From a virus (lineage: Duplodnaviria > Caudoviricetes): a DNA stretch of 28,335 nt. The position numbers and the translations under genes were made by a program. The stretch covers positions 1 to 28,335 of the IMG/VR virus record IMGVR_UViG_3300014656_006070; one strand, given 5' to 3'. This document shows, piece by piece, positions 15,505-23,217 of this stretch. The notes under the pieces were generated by a model. That model made no database searches. It saw nothing but the letters and a program-made list of their open reading frames with translations, and was not told the origin of the DNA. Each line of letters begins with the position of its first letter. Position 1 is the stretch's first letter.

Positions 15505-17058
15505 TTAACCCCTTCTAAAAATTTTTTTATTTGCTAAAAAAGAACGCTGCTTAAGTGATTTGAAATTACCCCTCTCAACCCAACGGGGTAACATAATAAA
15601 ACCGGTTGCGGCGGCGTCCAGACCGTCCAGCTTTTCTTTACTTTTACCAAACGAGAGGTATTGATTACGGTAAAGCTTCATATCCTCTGTTCTGCAAATA
15701 CCGGTTTCGCCCGCCCCTTCAAAGATTTCTGAATTATACTTGAACTTGCCGGTTTGGTGTGGGAAAACAAGATTGAGAATTCGGCTTTCTTTATCCGAGC
15801 TGTAAAACTCAGTCTTCAAACCTTTGGCGCTATACCTCCAGATTGGTAAATTCATTTTTCGTTCCAGACACCATTGATCGTAATAAGGTTTTGCAATAGC
15901 CCACTGATCGAAATCATCCTCAAAGAGTACGGTTTTCCAATTGGGGAATTTTGTTCGCATATGGTGAACGTGATCGAATACATAATACCAGCCCTCTTTA
16001 CGAAGGTACATATCCAGCATAATAGTTTCGTTGCTATTGGTAATACCCATAGTTGCAACGCCCTTGTAACATGCCGATGGACTTTGACCTTTGGCGGGAT
16101 CTATGGCAGTAAGCGAGGCAATAATTTTTATCAGGTTAAGATTAACGGATTGCAGCCAGGCAAGATCGAACATTTCTCCCTTAACAAGTGGATCGTCCAT
16201 GTATTCACCCATCCATGTATCGAACGGGATGGAAGTTTTGTATTCGTTCCAGTACTCGGTAGTAAATTCCGAGTGGCCGGCCCAATTGGTTAAGCCCGCT
16301 TCGTTAAGCGCCGGGAATGAGAAATGATTTTCCGGACTGATTGTTTTGAGTCGGACTATAGGGCAATCGCTGTTAATGGAGTTACCCAAAGTGATAGAGA
16401 GGGCGCCTTTATCCATTTGTCCGTAAACCTCGGAGGTGATAAAGTCGGTTACCTTATCATTATCGCGGGTACTGGTAACGGAATTTTTATTGTAAAGGTC
16501 ATCATTAATGGATAAACGAATACGGTTAAAATCATCGTCGAGAATAGAACGCAAACCCTGTTGATAACTGGAAGGAACCAGGTGTGTATTGTTAATGATG
16601 TAATGATTTTTGTTATCCTGTTGGATCTGGATGTTGTAATCATACATCAATTTTTTATTGCGCTTCATTAAGCGAACCAGGGAAGCGTTTCTTTCTTTGG
16701 CGTCATCTTCAACACGCAACGAGGTATTAAGTATACCGCCAACCCCCAATGCCAGGGATTTAATAGTTTTACCAATGTAACAAAAGGCGGACTTACCGCA
16801 ACGCCTGTGACCCGATGCCGTGTAACGCCCGGATTCAAGAGTGGCAAGCCATTTAACAATTTCATTATCGGGCTCGTTAAAGATACCAGGGAAATAGATC
16901 CGGGCAAATTGCAGATCGTCATTATCTGCCAGCTCGCGGCGTTGTTTGGTTTCGGAAGGTGTAAGCCCGGTACTGGAATCATCAACTACAGCTTTATCAA
17001 GGAAGTTTTCAAACTCTTCATCCAGCCTTTTTATTTTTGCCATTGTTGTTTTAGCCAT
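15505..17058 (-). CDS. terL: Terminase large subunit
   Basis: Walker A GHRRCGKS, Walker B LSINDDL, GEYMDDP, nuclease AIDPA and DGLDAA. Confidence 0.9.
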   Translation of the reverse strand: MAKTTMAKIKRLDEEFENFLDKAVVDDSSTGLTPSETKQRRELADNDDLQFARIYFPGIFNEPDNEIVKWLATLESGRYTASGHRRCGKSAFCYIGKTIKSLALGVGGILNTSLRVEDDAKERNASLVRLMKRNKKLMYDYNIQIQQDNKNHYIINNTHLVPSSYQQGLRSILDDDFNRIRLSINDDLYNKNSVTSTRDNDKVTDFITSEVYGQMDKGALSITLGNSINSDCPIVRLKTISPENHFSFPALNEAGLTNWAGHSEFTTEYWNEYKTSIPFDTWMGEYMDDPLVKGEMFDLAWLQSVNLNLIKIIASLTAIDPAKGQSPSACYKGVATMGITNSNETIMLDMYLRKEGWYYVFDHVHHMRTKFPNWKTVLFEDDFDQWAIAKPYYDQWCLERKMNLPIWRYSAKGLKTEFYSSDKESRILNLVFPHQTGKFKYNSEIFEGAGETGICRTEDMKLYRNQYLSFGKSKEKLDGLDAAATGFIMLPRWVERGNFKSLKQRSFLANKKIFRRG

Positions 17059-17552
17059 TATCTAAGCCTCTTTTTCAATTCGTTTTTAAAATGGCGAATG
17101 GAGTTAATGAGTTCGTTCTTAAGTTCCCGCGCGTAAAGTTTGGGGTAGTTCTCTTTGGTAAACTGTATGTAATCAGTAAGTACCTCAAAGGCTACTGGCA
17201 GCTTATCTTTAACATCAACCAGGGTTTCAACGGCACGTGTTAATTTTATAAGCGAATCGGAGTCTTCATTTGTCCAGGCTTTGGGATCTGCTTCAGCAAG
17301 ATTTTCAATAATCTTGTAAAGCTTTTCGGCTAAAGAGTTGGGGCTCATCTTTTCATATTCACTGGAAGTGAATTGTTCCCTCTCTTCATACCAGTTAAGC
17401 CCGCTTTTTTTGTCCTTACATGCAGCCCAGTTTATTACGGTCTGAACAGTAGGCGACCCGTTGAAGTAATCGGAAATCCTTTTGGCGCTCCATTCATCTT
17501 TAATAAAAAAGTGCCGCGCCTCGTTTTTGATTTCGTGTGTATATCGCTTCAT
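17058..17552 (-). CDS. Probable terminase small subunit (N-terminal HTH)
   Basis: KNEARHFFIKDEWSAKRISDYF...TVQTVINW HTH; GGAG RBS before ATG 17552; TAATG-coupled to terL. Confidence 0.75.
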   Translation of the reverse strand: MKRYTHEIKNEARHFFIKDEWSAKRISDYFNGSPTVQTVINWAACKDKKSGLNWYEEREQFTSSEYEKMSPNSLAEKLYKIIENLAEADPKAWTNEDSDSLIKLTRAVETLVDVKDKLPVAFEVLTDYIQFTKENYPKLYARELKNELINSIRHFKNELKKRLR

Positions 17553-17612
17553 AAATAACTCCATAATTTCCAAACATAAAATACAACACGAGACTTTTGA
17601 AGTAATTAGAAA

Positions 17613-17638
17613 CCGTTCCAATATGCATATTGGAACGG
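17613..17638. promoter_or_regulatory. Perfect 26-bp palindrome CCGTTCCAATATGCATATTGGAACGG in the divergent late control region
   Basis: 13-bp arms with no spacer, between the divergent terS and protease starts. Confidence 0.75.
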
Positions 17639-17709
17639 AATACATTTACAATAGATTATTCAGGTAGTAAATTTTGCCTAAGAAATTTCAACACCAAAAC
17701 AGGTTAAAA

Positions 17710-18795
17710 ATGATTCACCTTTGGTTACATCTTAAACGCTTCTCGCTAAAAAGCCTTATAGGTATAGTGTTCCGTAATAGCGGGAACAAATTGCCAGAAG
17801 ATGTATTTACCAACGGAATGGATTTAACTGAAGTATTGAACGCCAAAGGCGAAGACGGTTATATAAAAACTGTTCCTGTTGGCAAATTCCCTAATCACCA
17901 TAACGGCGCCCACGAGGTAACTTTTGAAGATGTAAAGGCAATGGCTGCCAACCTTAAAAAAGGCGGAACCGATTTACTTTTTGATTTTGGACATGAAAGT
18001 TTATGGAACAGCAAAGCACCCGCCGCCGGCTGGACACCAAAGAAAGATGTTGTTGCCAAAGAAGACGGCTTATATGTAAAATACCCCGACTGGACACCAC
18101 GCGCTCAAGAGGCTATTGAGAACAAAGAGTATAGATATTTGAGTCCAGCCTATAGTCTTTATAATGAAGACAAAAAAGGTAAATCGATTGGAGCCGTTCT
18201 GTTATCTGTTGGCTTAACCAACACCCCTTACATGGATAAAGAAATTGACCATATCGGAAATTCAAAAATTAACAGTAGTGAGGATAAAATGAACAAAGCA
18301 TTATTGAAGTTTTTTGGTCTGCCTGAAAACTCAACTGAAGAGCAGATTAACGCAAAGTTAAACAGCTTGCGTACAACCCATAAACTGGCAGAGGACGCCG
18401 GGATTGATGAAATACTTAACAGTATGAAACCAGCCGACCCGCCCGTTGCAGACGCACCCGCTCCAAAAGTTGAAGGTGAAAGTGATCTGGCAGCAAAGGT
18501 AAACTCACTTACTGAAACTGTTAATAAAATGGTTAACTCGCAAAACGAGGGACGTGTTGAAGCTCTTGTAAACAGCGCCATTACCGAGGGCAAGATTGCC
18601 CCCGCCGATAAAGCTATTTGGTTGAACAGCGCCAAAGCTGATTACGAGGGCACAAAAACACAGTTGGACGCCAAAGCAAAAAACGCCGCCGTACCTGGTA
18701 GTGTAAATGTTAATAAGGATGGTAAGGTAGAAGACGCCAAGGTTAACAGTAAGCAGGCAGCTACTGACTTTTTCAAAGAGCAAGGCAGAAAATAA
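17710..18795 (+). CDS. Mu gpI-like prohead protease / scaffold
   Basis: LLFDFGHES, APAAGW, WTPRAQEAIENKEYRYLSP, SVGLTNTP motifs; C-terminal LVNSAITEGKIAPA; exact start uncertain. Confidence 0.9.
   Translation: MIHLWLHLKRFSLKSLIGIVFRNSGNKLPEDVFTNGMDLTEVLNAKGEDGYIKTVPVGKFPNHHNGAHEVTFEDVKAMAANLKKGGTDLLFDFGHESLWNSKAPAAGWTPKKDVVAKEDGLYVKYPDWTPRAQEAIENKEYRYLSPAYSLYNEDKKGKSIGAVLLSVGLTNTPYMDKEIDHIGNSKINSSEDKMNKALLKFFGLPENSTEEQINAKLNSLRTTHKLAEDAGIDEILNSMKPADPPVADAPAPKVEGESDLAAKVNSLTETVNKMVNSQNEGRVEALVNSAITEGKIAPADKAIWLNSAKADYEGTKTQLDAKAKNAAVPGSVNVNKDGKVEDAKVNSKQAATDFFKEQGRK
18289..18795 (+). CDS. Nested in-frame scaffold protein (Mu gpZ-like)
   Basis: GAGGA (18280-18284) then in-frame ATG 18289 (MNKALLKFFGLPENSTEEQI) just after the protease domain. 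Confidence 0.7.
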   Translation: MNKALLKFFGLPENSTEEQINAKLNSLRTTHKLAEDAGIDEILNSMKPADPPVADAPAPKVEGESDLAAKVNSLTETVNKMVNSQNEGRVEALVNSAITEGKIAPADKAIWLNSAKADYEGTKTQLDAKAKNAAVPGSVNVNKDGKVEDAKVNSKQAATDFFKEQGRK

Positions 18796-18837
18796 GAGAT
18801 ACAAATTTTTAGATAATTAAATCTGGAGTTATAAATT

Positions 18838-19770
18838 ATGTTACTAAGAGCTATCAGTCCGAGCGACCCGGTAACCAACCTTGTTCTTGAGGGTCTTTTG
18901 ATGTCGGCGCCTATTTTACAGGATGCTGAATTTTACAGCCGCGCCGGTGCCGCCGATGCACCAAAGAAAGCGCGAGACGGTGGAACTACCGGTATTTTCA
19001 GATCCATTAACGAAGACAATACCGCGACACCTCCGGAAAATACCTATCCATCAACCGCTAAAAAGATTGTTTCTTTTGATGTAAAGGTTGATACCGTTCT
19101 TGAAGATAGGAACGAAGATCCTGAAGCTGAATTAGCTACACAAACCAGGTTGGAAGCTGAAGACGCCGGTTGGTTGCTTCAGGAAAAATTCTTTACGGGT
19201 GATGTTGACTCCGACGCTGAAGAGTTTGACGGATTTGGGGAGCTAATCCCAGTCGCAAATATAAAACCAGTTGCTACACACGGTTTACAAATTGTATTGG
19301 GTAATACAGACACAAAAGTAACCGCTCAACAGACAGCAGTTGAAGCCTTACAAAAGTTTTTTGCTACTGTAAGAGGCGGTGCAACTCACGCGTACATGAA
19401 CGAGTATTTGAAAATACGCCTTTTATCAATGGCTAAATCGTTGGGTTATTACAGATTAAGTAAAGATGAATTAGGTAATGAAATTGAACGAATTGGTCAG
19501 GTTGCAATACGCGGCGCCGGTTACAAAAAAGACGGTACACCATTGTTGCCATTTAACGAAACTGTTGGTAACTCAACTGATTGTTCCTCTATTTTCGCTT
19601 GCCGTTGGGGCGAAAGAGTTAACCTTACTTGTTTAACCTCTGTTGGCGTTAAGGCCACTTATGCCGGTCAAATAGGTAATTTCCTAATCAATAACGTCAA
19701 TCTGGATATGGCTATCATCCTCCAGAGTGACAGCGCTTTGCATAAATCAACCGGCTGGAGACTAGGCTAA
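18838..19770 (+). CDS. Major capsid protein
   Basis: 310 aa directly after the protease; GGAG RBS; FFTGD...EEFDGF and SSIFACRWG motifs. Confidence 0.85.
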   Translation: MLLRAISPSDPVTNLVLEGLLMSAPILQDAEFYSRAGAADAPKKARDGGTTGIFRSINEDNTATPPENTYPSTAKKIVSFDVKVDTVLEDRNEDPEAELATQTRLEAEDAGWLLQEKFFTGDVDSDAEEFDGFGELIPVANIKPVATHGLQIVLGNTDTKVTAQQTAVEALQKFFATVRGGATHAYMNEYLKIRLLSMAKSLGYYRLSKDELGNEIERIGQVAIRGAGYKKDGTPLLPFNETVGNSTDCSSIFACRWGERVNLTCLTSVGVKATYAGQIGNFLINNVNLDMAIILQSDSALHKSTGWRLG

Positions 19771-19830
19771 GTTTCCCGCTCTCTGTTTAGAGTAACATTT
19801 TGTTTATAAAATTAATTAATGGAGTTAGTA

Positions 19831-20277
19831 ATGAAACAATTTTTGATGCTCTTCTTTACCGTCTTTCTTCTGTTGGTAGTGTTACAGGTTGACACCAACG
19901 GACAGACGGTTACAGCAACAAAAGCCGATCTGAATGTTAACTACGAGGCAATTACGTTTACTGCTACCGTGGATAACGATAGTACTTTTTACAGCTCGGA
20001 GTTCAACTTTAATGGTTGCGGGCCAATAAGTACAATTTTTAGAGATTATTCACAGGCGAACGATTCAATCTATTGGTCGGTAGTAAGGCAGGTACGGGCT
20101 AATACCGGAAAGTGGAAAGATTATGAAACCATCTTTACGGACTCGACGAATGCCGTATTTTACAAACATGACACATTAGCGGTTTACCCGATAGCCCAAA
20201 GATATAAGATAACATCGGGAGCAAAAAACGGGGTAACATCAACCTTGAACATGGTAGAAATTATTAAAAAAGAGTAA
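19831..20277 (+). CDS. Hypothetical beta-rich protein with N-terminal signal peptide
   Basis: MKQFLMLFFTVFLLLVVLQVDTNG-Q; GGAG RBS before ATG 19831. Confidence 0.7.
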   Translation: MKQFLMLFFTVFLLLVVLQVDTNGQTVTATKADLNVNYEAITFTATVDNDSTFYSSEFNFNGCGPISTIFRDYSQANDSIYWSVVRQVRANTGKWKDYETIFTDSTNAVFYKHDTLAVYPIAQRYKITSGAKNGVTSTLNMVEIIKKE

Positions 20278-20294
20278 AACCAAAACTCCTTGTT

Positions 20295-20346
20295 AAGAGG
20301 CGCTCGTTACGGGTCACCAACCGTGCCGGGATAACGGGCGTCTCTT
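20295..20346 (+). terminator. Long RNA hairpin after the head genes (terminator or processing site)
   Basis: AAGAGGCGCTCGTTA pairs with TAACGGGCGTCTCTT over 15 bp with two G-U pairs; short T-run at the base. Confidence 0.6.
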
Positions 20347-20347
20347 T

Positions 20348-20389
20348 AGTACTTAGTAGTTAGATGTTAGATGAAAGACAAAAGCGAAG
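20348..20389 (+). repeat. Heptamer array, family B: AGTACTT AGTAGTT AGATGTT AGATGAA AGACAAA AGCGAAG
   Basis: 6 in-phase units between the hairpin and the lysozyme gene. Confidence 0.85.
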
Positions 20390-20412
20390 AGAAAAAAAAG
20401 AGAAAAAATTAA

Positions 20413-20916
20413 ATGGCAGCGAAAGAATTAGCAAGTGAATTAATAAAATTTTTTGAGGGGTGCGAACTCGAAGCCTATTTGTGTCCAGCTCGTATTTGGA
20501 CAATTGGGGTTGGTTCAACGAAAGGCGTTCATGAAGGGATGGTTATTACTGAAGAGGAAGCAACGCAACGCCTTTATGAAGATATGCACGACTCCCAAAA
20601 AAGAATTGATCGACTTGTAAAAATTAAGCTTGCTCCTCACGAACACGCAGCGTTGTTGTCGTTAGGCTTTAATGTTAGTTATAACAGTTCAATTAAACTA
20701 GCCGGTTATTTGAATGGTGACAAAGAATTATTCAAAAAGAAACTGCTTCTTTATTGTAAGGGCGGTGGAAAAGTATTGAAGGGCTTAAAAATTAGACGTA
20801 TAGCTGAAAGATTGCTATTTGAGGAACGCCCCTGGAAGGATATTGCAACAAAGATGCAAAAAATGTCGATCGAAGAAATTGAAGATTATTCTCACAAGCT
20901 ATTTGCGGGGGTGTGA
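20413..20916 (+). CDS. GH24 phage lysozyme (endolysin)
   Basis: FFEGCELEAYLCPARIWTIGVG (E-x8-C-x5-T triad), ALLSLGFNV, LKGLKIRRIAERLLF. Confidence 0.92.
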   Translation: MAAKELASELIKFFEGCELEAYLCPARIWTIGVGSTKGVHEGMVITEEEATQRLYEDMHDSQKRIDRLVKIKLAPHEHAALLSLGFNVSYNSSIKLAGYLNGDKELFKKKLLLYCKGGGKVLKGLKIRRIAERLLFEERPWKDIATKMQKMSIEEIEDYSHKLFAGV

Positions 20917-21332
20917 TGTTTGAATTTATTGGTTCTATTGTTAAAACGCTTACCGGTTTTGTTGACGGGTTGGTTACTTCAGACGAAGAGAAGTCTGAGG
21001 CTGTAAAAAGTATTAAGATTGTTGAGAATCAGTTAACCGCTAAAATGCTGGAGTATGAAACCAAGTTGATGGAACAAAAAGCATCCATCATAAAAGTTGA
21101 AGCTGAAGCCGCAAGCTGGCTACAGAGGAATTGGCGACCAATTGTAATGTTGGTCTTCACTTCGTTGGTAGTTGCTACCTGGTTGGGTTTTGACGCCCCC
21201 GGTTTAACTGAAAGCGTTAAAATAGAAGTTCTTGGAATAGTGAAACTTGGTATTGGCGGTTACATAGTCGGGCGTAGTGTCGAAAAAATAGCCCCTTCAA
21301 TTTCAGACGCGTTCAAGAAAAATGGTGAATAG
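20916..21332 (+). CDS. Holin (GTA 3TM-like family)
   Basis: VTSDEEK, SWLQRNWRPIVMLVF, LGIGGYIVGRSVEK motifs; TGATG coupling to the lysozyme. Confidence 0.85.
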   Translation: MFEFIGSIVKTLTGFVDGLVTSDEEKSEAVKSIKIVENQLTAKMLEYETKLMEQKASIIKVEAEAASWLQRNWRPIVMLVFTSLVVATWLGFDAPGLTESVKIEVLGIVKLGIGGYIVGRSVEKIAPSISDAFKKNGE

Positions 21333-21642
21333 AATGAGCGAAGAAAAGAAAAATAAATTTGTAAGGTATTTTACGATTATCGTCTTCGTTCTATCTATTG
21401 TTTTTAATATCGGGTATACAACAAATGAACTTGATCACAAAATGGATGAGTCGGCTGCAAAGGAAATTATTGATAACAAAGTCGACAAAAAGATTGAGAC
21501 CATTAAGCAGGAAATTAAAGATCGATACGTGAAGATTGAAGACGGATCAGCTATTGAACAGAGATTAAAGGGTATTGAAGAAAAGTTAATGAAGCAAGAA
21601 GAGTTGATTTTCAAAATTTATGACAGGTTGATAAAACAATGA
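21322..21642 (+). CDS. Membrane-anchored coiled-coil protein in the lysis cassette
   Basis: One TM segment (YFTIIVFVLSIVFNIGY) followed by a K/E-rich helix. Confidence 0.65.
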   Translation: MVNRMSEEKKNKFVRYFTIIVFVLSIVFNIGYTTNELDHKMDESAAKEIIDNKVDKKIETIKQEIKDRYVKIEDGSAIEQRLKGIEEKLMKQEELIFKIYDRLIKQ

Positions 21643-21914
21643 CACCCGAAGACGTAGTAAGCGGACAGTATTACAGACTTTTAGAACCCGAATGGGCAAC
21701 AACCTTTAACCAGGGAACGCCGCCCACAGGGATGAAAATCAGTTACCCGGATAAAGAATACTTCCTGGAGTGGGGAACGGTTTTTAAGGCTAGTGACAAT
21801 TGCGATTACAACAGTTACGGTATCGCAACATTAACCGCTAACCCTCCTTTAATAAGAGACACATTTATAGTTGAGCATATTGAGCAATTTGAATTAGTAG
21901 CAGTGAACAAATAA
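21639..21914 (+). CDS. Hypothetical protein
   Basis: 91 aa, ATGA overlap with the previous gene. Confidence 0.6.
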   Translation: MTPEDVVSGQYYRLLEPEWATTFNQGTPPTGMKISYPDKEYFLEWGTVFKASDNCDYNSYGIATLTANPPLIRDTFIVEHIEQFELVAVNK

Positions 21915-21935
21915 AATTTTAATTGAGGTGGAATT

Positions 21936-22328
21936 ATGGCTGAAGCAACATACAAACATGGCGGCATTAAGAAAGTAGAATATCAAACACCAACCGGCGG
22001 CGCGTGGGGTTCACCTGTTAATTTAGGCGCGCCATTAACAGACGGCGGTGTTGGTTTCGAGTTACCGGAAACCGAAACAGGCGAAGGCAAAAAACTTTAC
22101 AGTGGTAAGAAATGCAGCCATACTTTTAAGCTGACAGATCTTACAAAATTTGTAGCGTTGGAAACCTTAATGAAAGCCGACACCTCTATTGATGTAAGAG
22201 TCTATTACCTGAATGGTGATTATGATACCATTACAACGGACGCTATCCCAATGGTGAAGAGAATAATTAACAGTCAGACGGGTCAAAGGAACGCATTTGA
22301 GTTGAAGGTTGATTCTTTCCAAGTATAG
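21936..22328 (+). CDS. Probable tail tube protein (short paralog)
   Basis: 130 aa, G/T-rich; strong GAGGTGG RBS; upstream of chaperone and tape measure. Confidence 0.6.
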   Translation: MAEATYKHGGIKKVEYQTPTGGAWGSPVNLGAPLTDGGVGFELPETETGEGKKLYSGKKCSHTFKLTDLTKFVALETLMKADTSIDVRVYYLNGDYDTITTDAIPMVKRIINSQTGQRNAFELKVDSFQV

Positions 22329-22389
22329 TTTTTAGTAGCTAGATATTAGACGTTAGACGTTAGATTTTAGATAACAGATAAAAGATAAA
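22327..22389 (+). repeat. Heptamer array, family B: AGTTTTT AGTAGCT AGATATT (AGACGTT)2 AGATTTT AGATAAC (AGATAAA)2
   Basis: 9 in-phase units starting inside the TAG stop and filling the intergenic gap. Confidence 0.92.
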
Positions 22390-22394
22390 AAATT

Positions 22395-23216
22395 ATGAGT
22401 CTATCAGGTTTACGAAAAGTTAGTGTTTATGACCCCGTGACGGGTACAACTGTTCAGATGAACAAAGTTGGCCCGGACGGTACTTTTGAGAAGGTGCCGC
22501 AAGGTCAGGAAAACGGAAAAGGCAGCATGGTTTATGCCGGGGATGAATCGGTAATTGAATTCCCTTCTTTCGACGATGCCGGGTTCAGTCAGCTTGAAAC
22601 ATGGATGAAAGATAAAACACCCGTCCGCCTGGTAACAAATGGCGTTGAGGAACATGTACTTTGGTATGAAGACAGCCTGGTAAGTGTTAAAAAGAACATC
22701 GGATTTAAGACCGGCGGACGAAATAGTTTTATGGTTAAGCTGACCAAGAAAGGTGGAGAGCATTCGATTTATGCTGGAGCGAACCTATTATTCGCTATAA
22801 ATGGATGGATTGATTCAAACAGCGATGGTAAAGCAGACGGTTATGCTTTTCAAGATAGCCCTGCTTGTACATTCACGAACAATCAGCAAAGAATGGAATT
22901 CAATTCAGGAAATCTTTTTTGTCAAAGTAGTTTAGTATATCCTCTCAGTGGGGCAAAACTTACTCTCGGTACAAATATTATTGACTCTTCCCAAGGTGTG
23001 GCAATTAAATTGCAGTATAACGATTTCTCGGCCGTTTTAATAAGTGCAGATTATGGAGATTCACCAGCGGTAAAGACTGTCACGTCTCCATCCGGCACCT
23101 ATTCAATCCAGGTTCATGTTGCAAGAATCATGTCTCCAATAACAAACGACTATGTTTTATTTGGGAATCCAATGCTGACGGCATACAGAACGACTTATAA
23201 GGATATTAAATACTAA
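22395..23216 (+). CDS. Tail tube-like paralog with an extra C-terminal carbohydrate-binding-like domain
   Basis: First ~120 aa align by eye to 21936-22328; then GANLL...DSNSDGKADGY and a beta-rich region. Confidence 0.6.
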   Translation: MSLSGLRKVSVYDPVTGTTVQMNKVGPDGTFEKVPQGQENGKGSMVYAGDESVIEFPSFDDAGFSQLETWMKDKTPVRLVTNGVEEHVLWYEDSLVSVKKNIGFKTGGRNSFMVKLTKKGGEHSIYAGANLLFAINGWIDSNSDGKADGYAFQDSPACTFTNNQQRMEFNSGNLFCQSSLVYPLSGAKLTLGTNIIDSSQGVAIKLQYNDFSAVLISADYGDSPAVKTVTSPSGTYSIQVHVARIMSPITNDYVLFGNPMLTAYRTTYKDIKY

Positions 23217-23217
23217 C

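Noticed and set aside
17615-17636. parS site
   Set aside because: Arms GTTCCA/TGGAAC resemble parS, but the centre is 10 nt rather than CG, so it does not fit the 16-bp consensus
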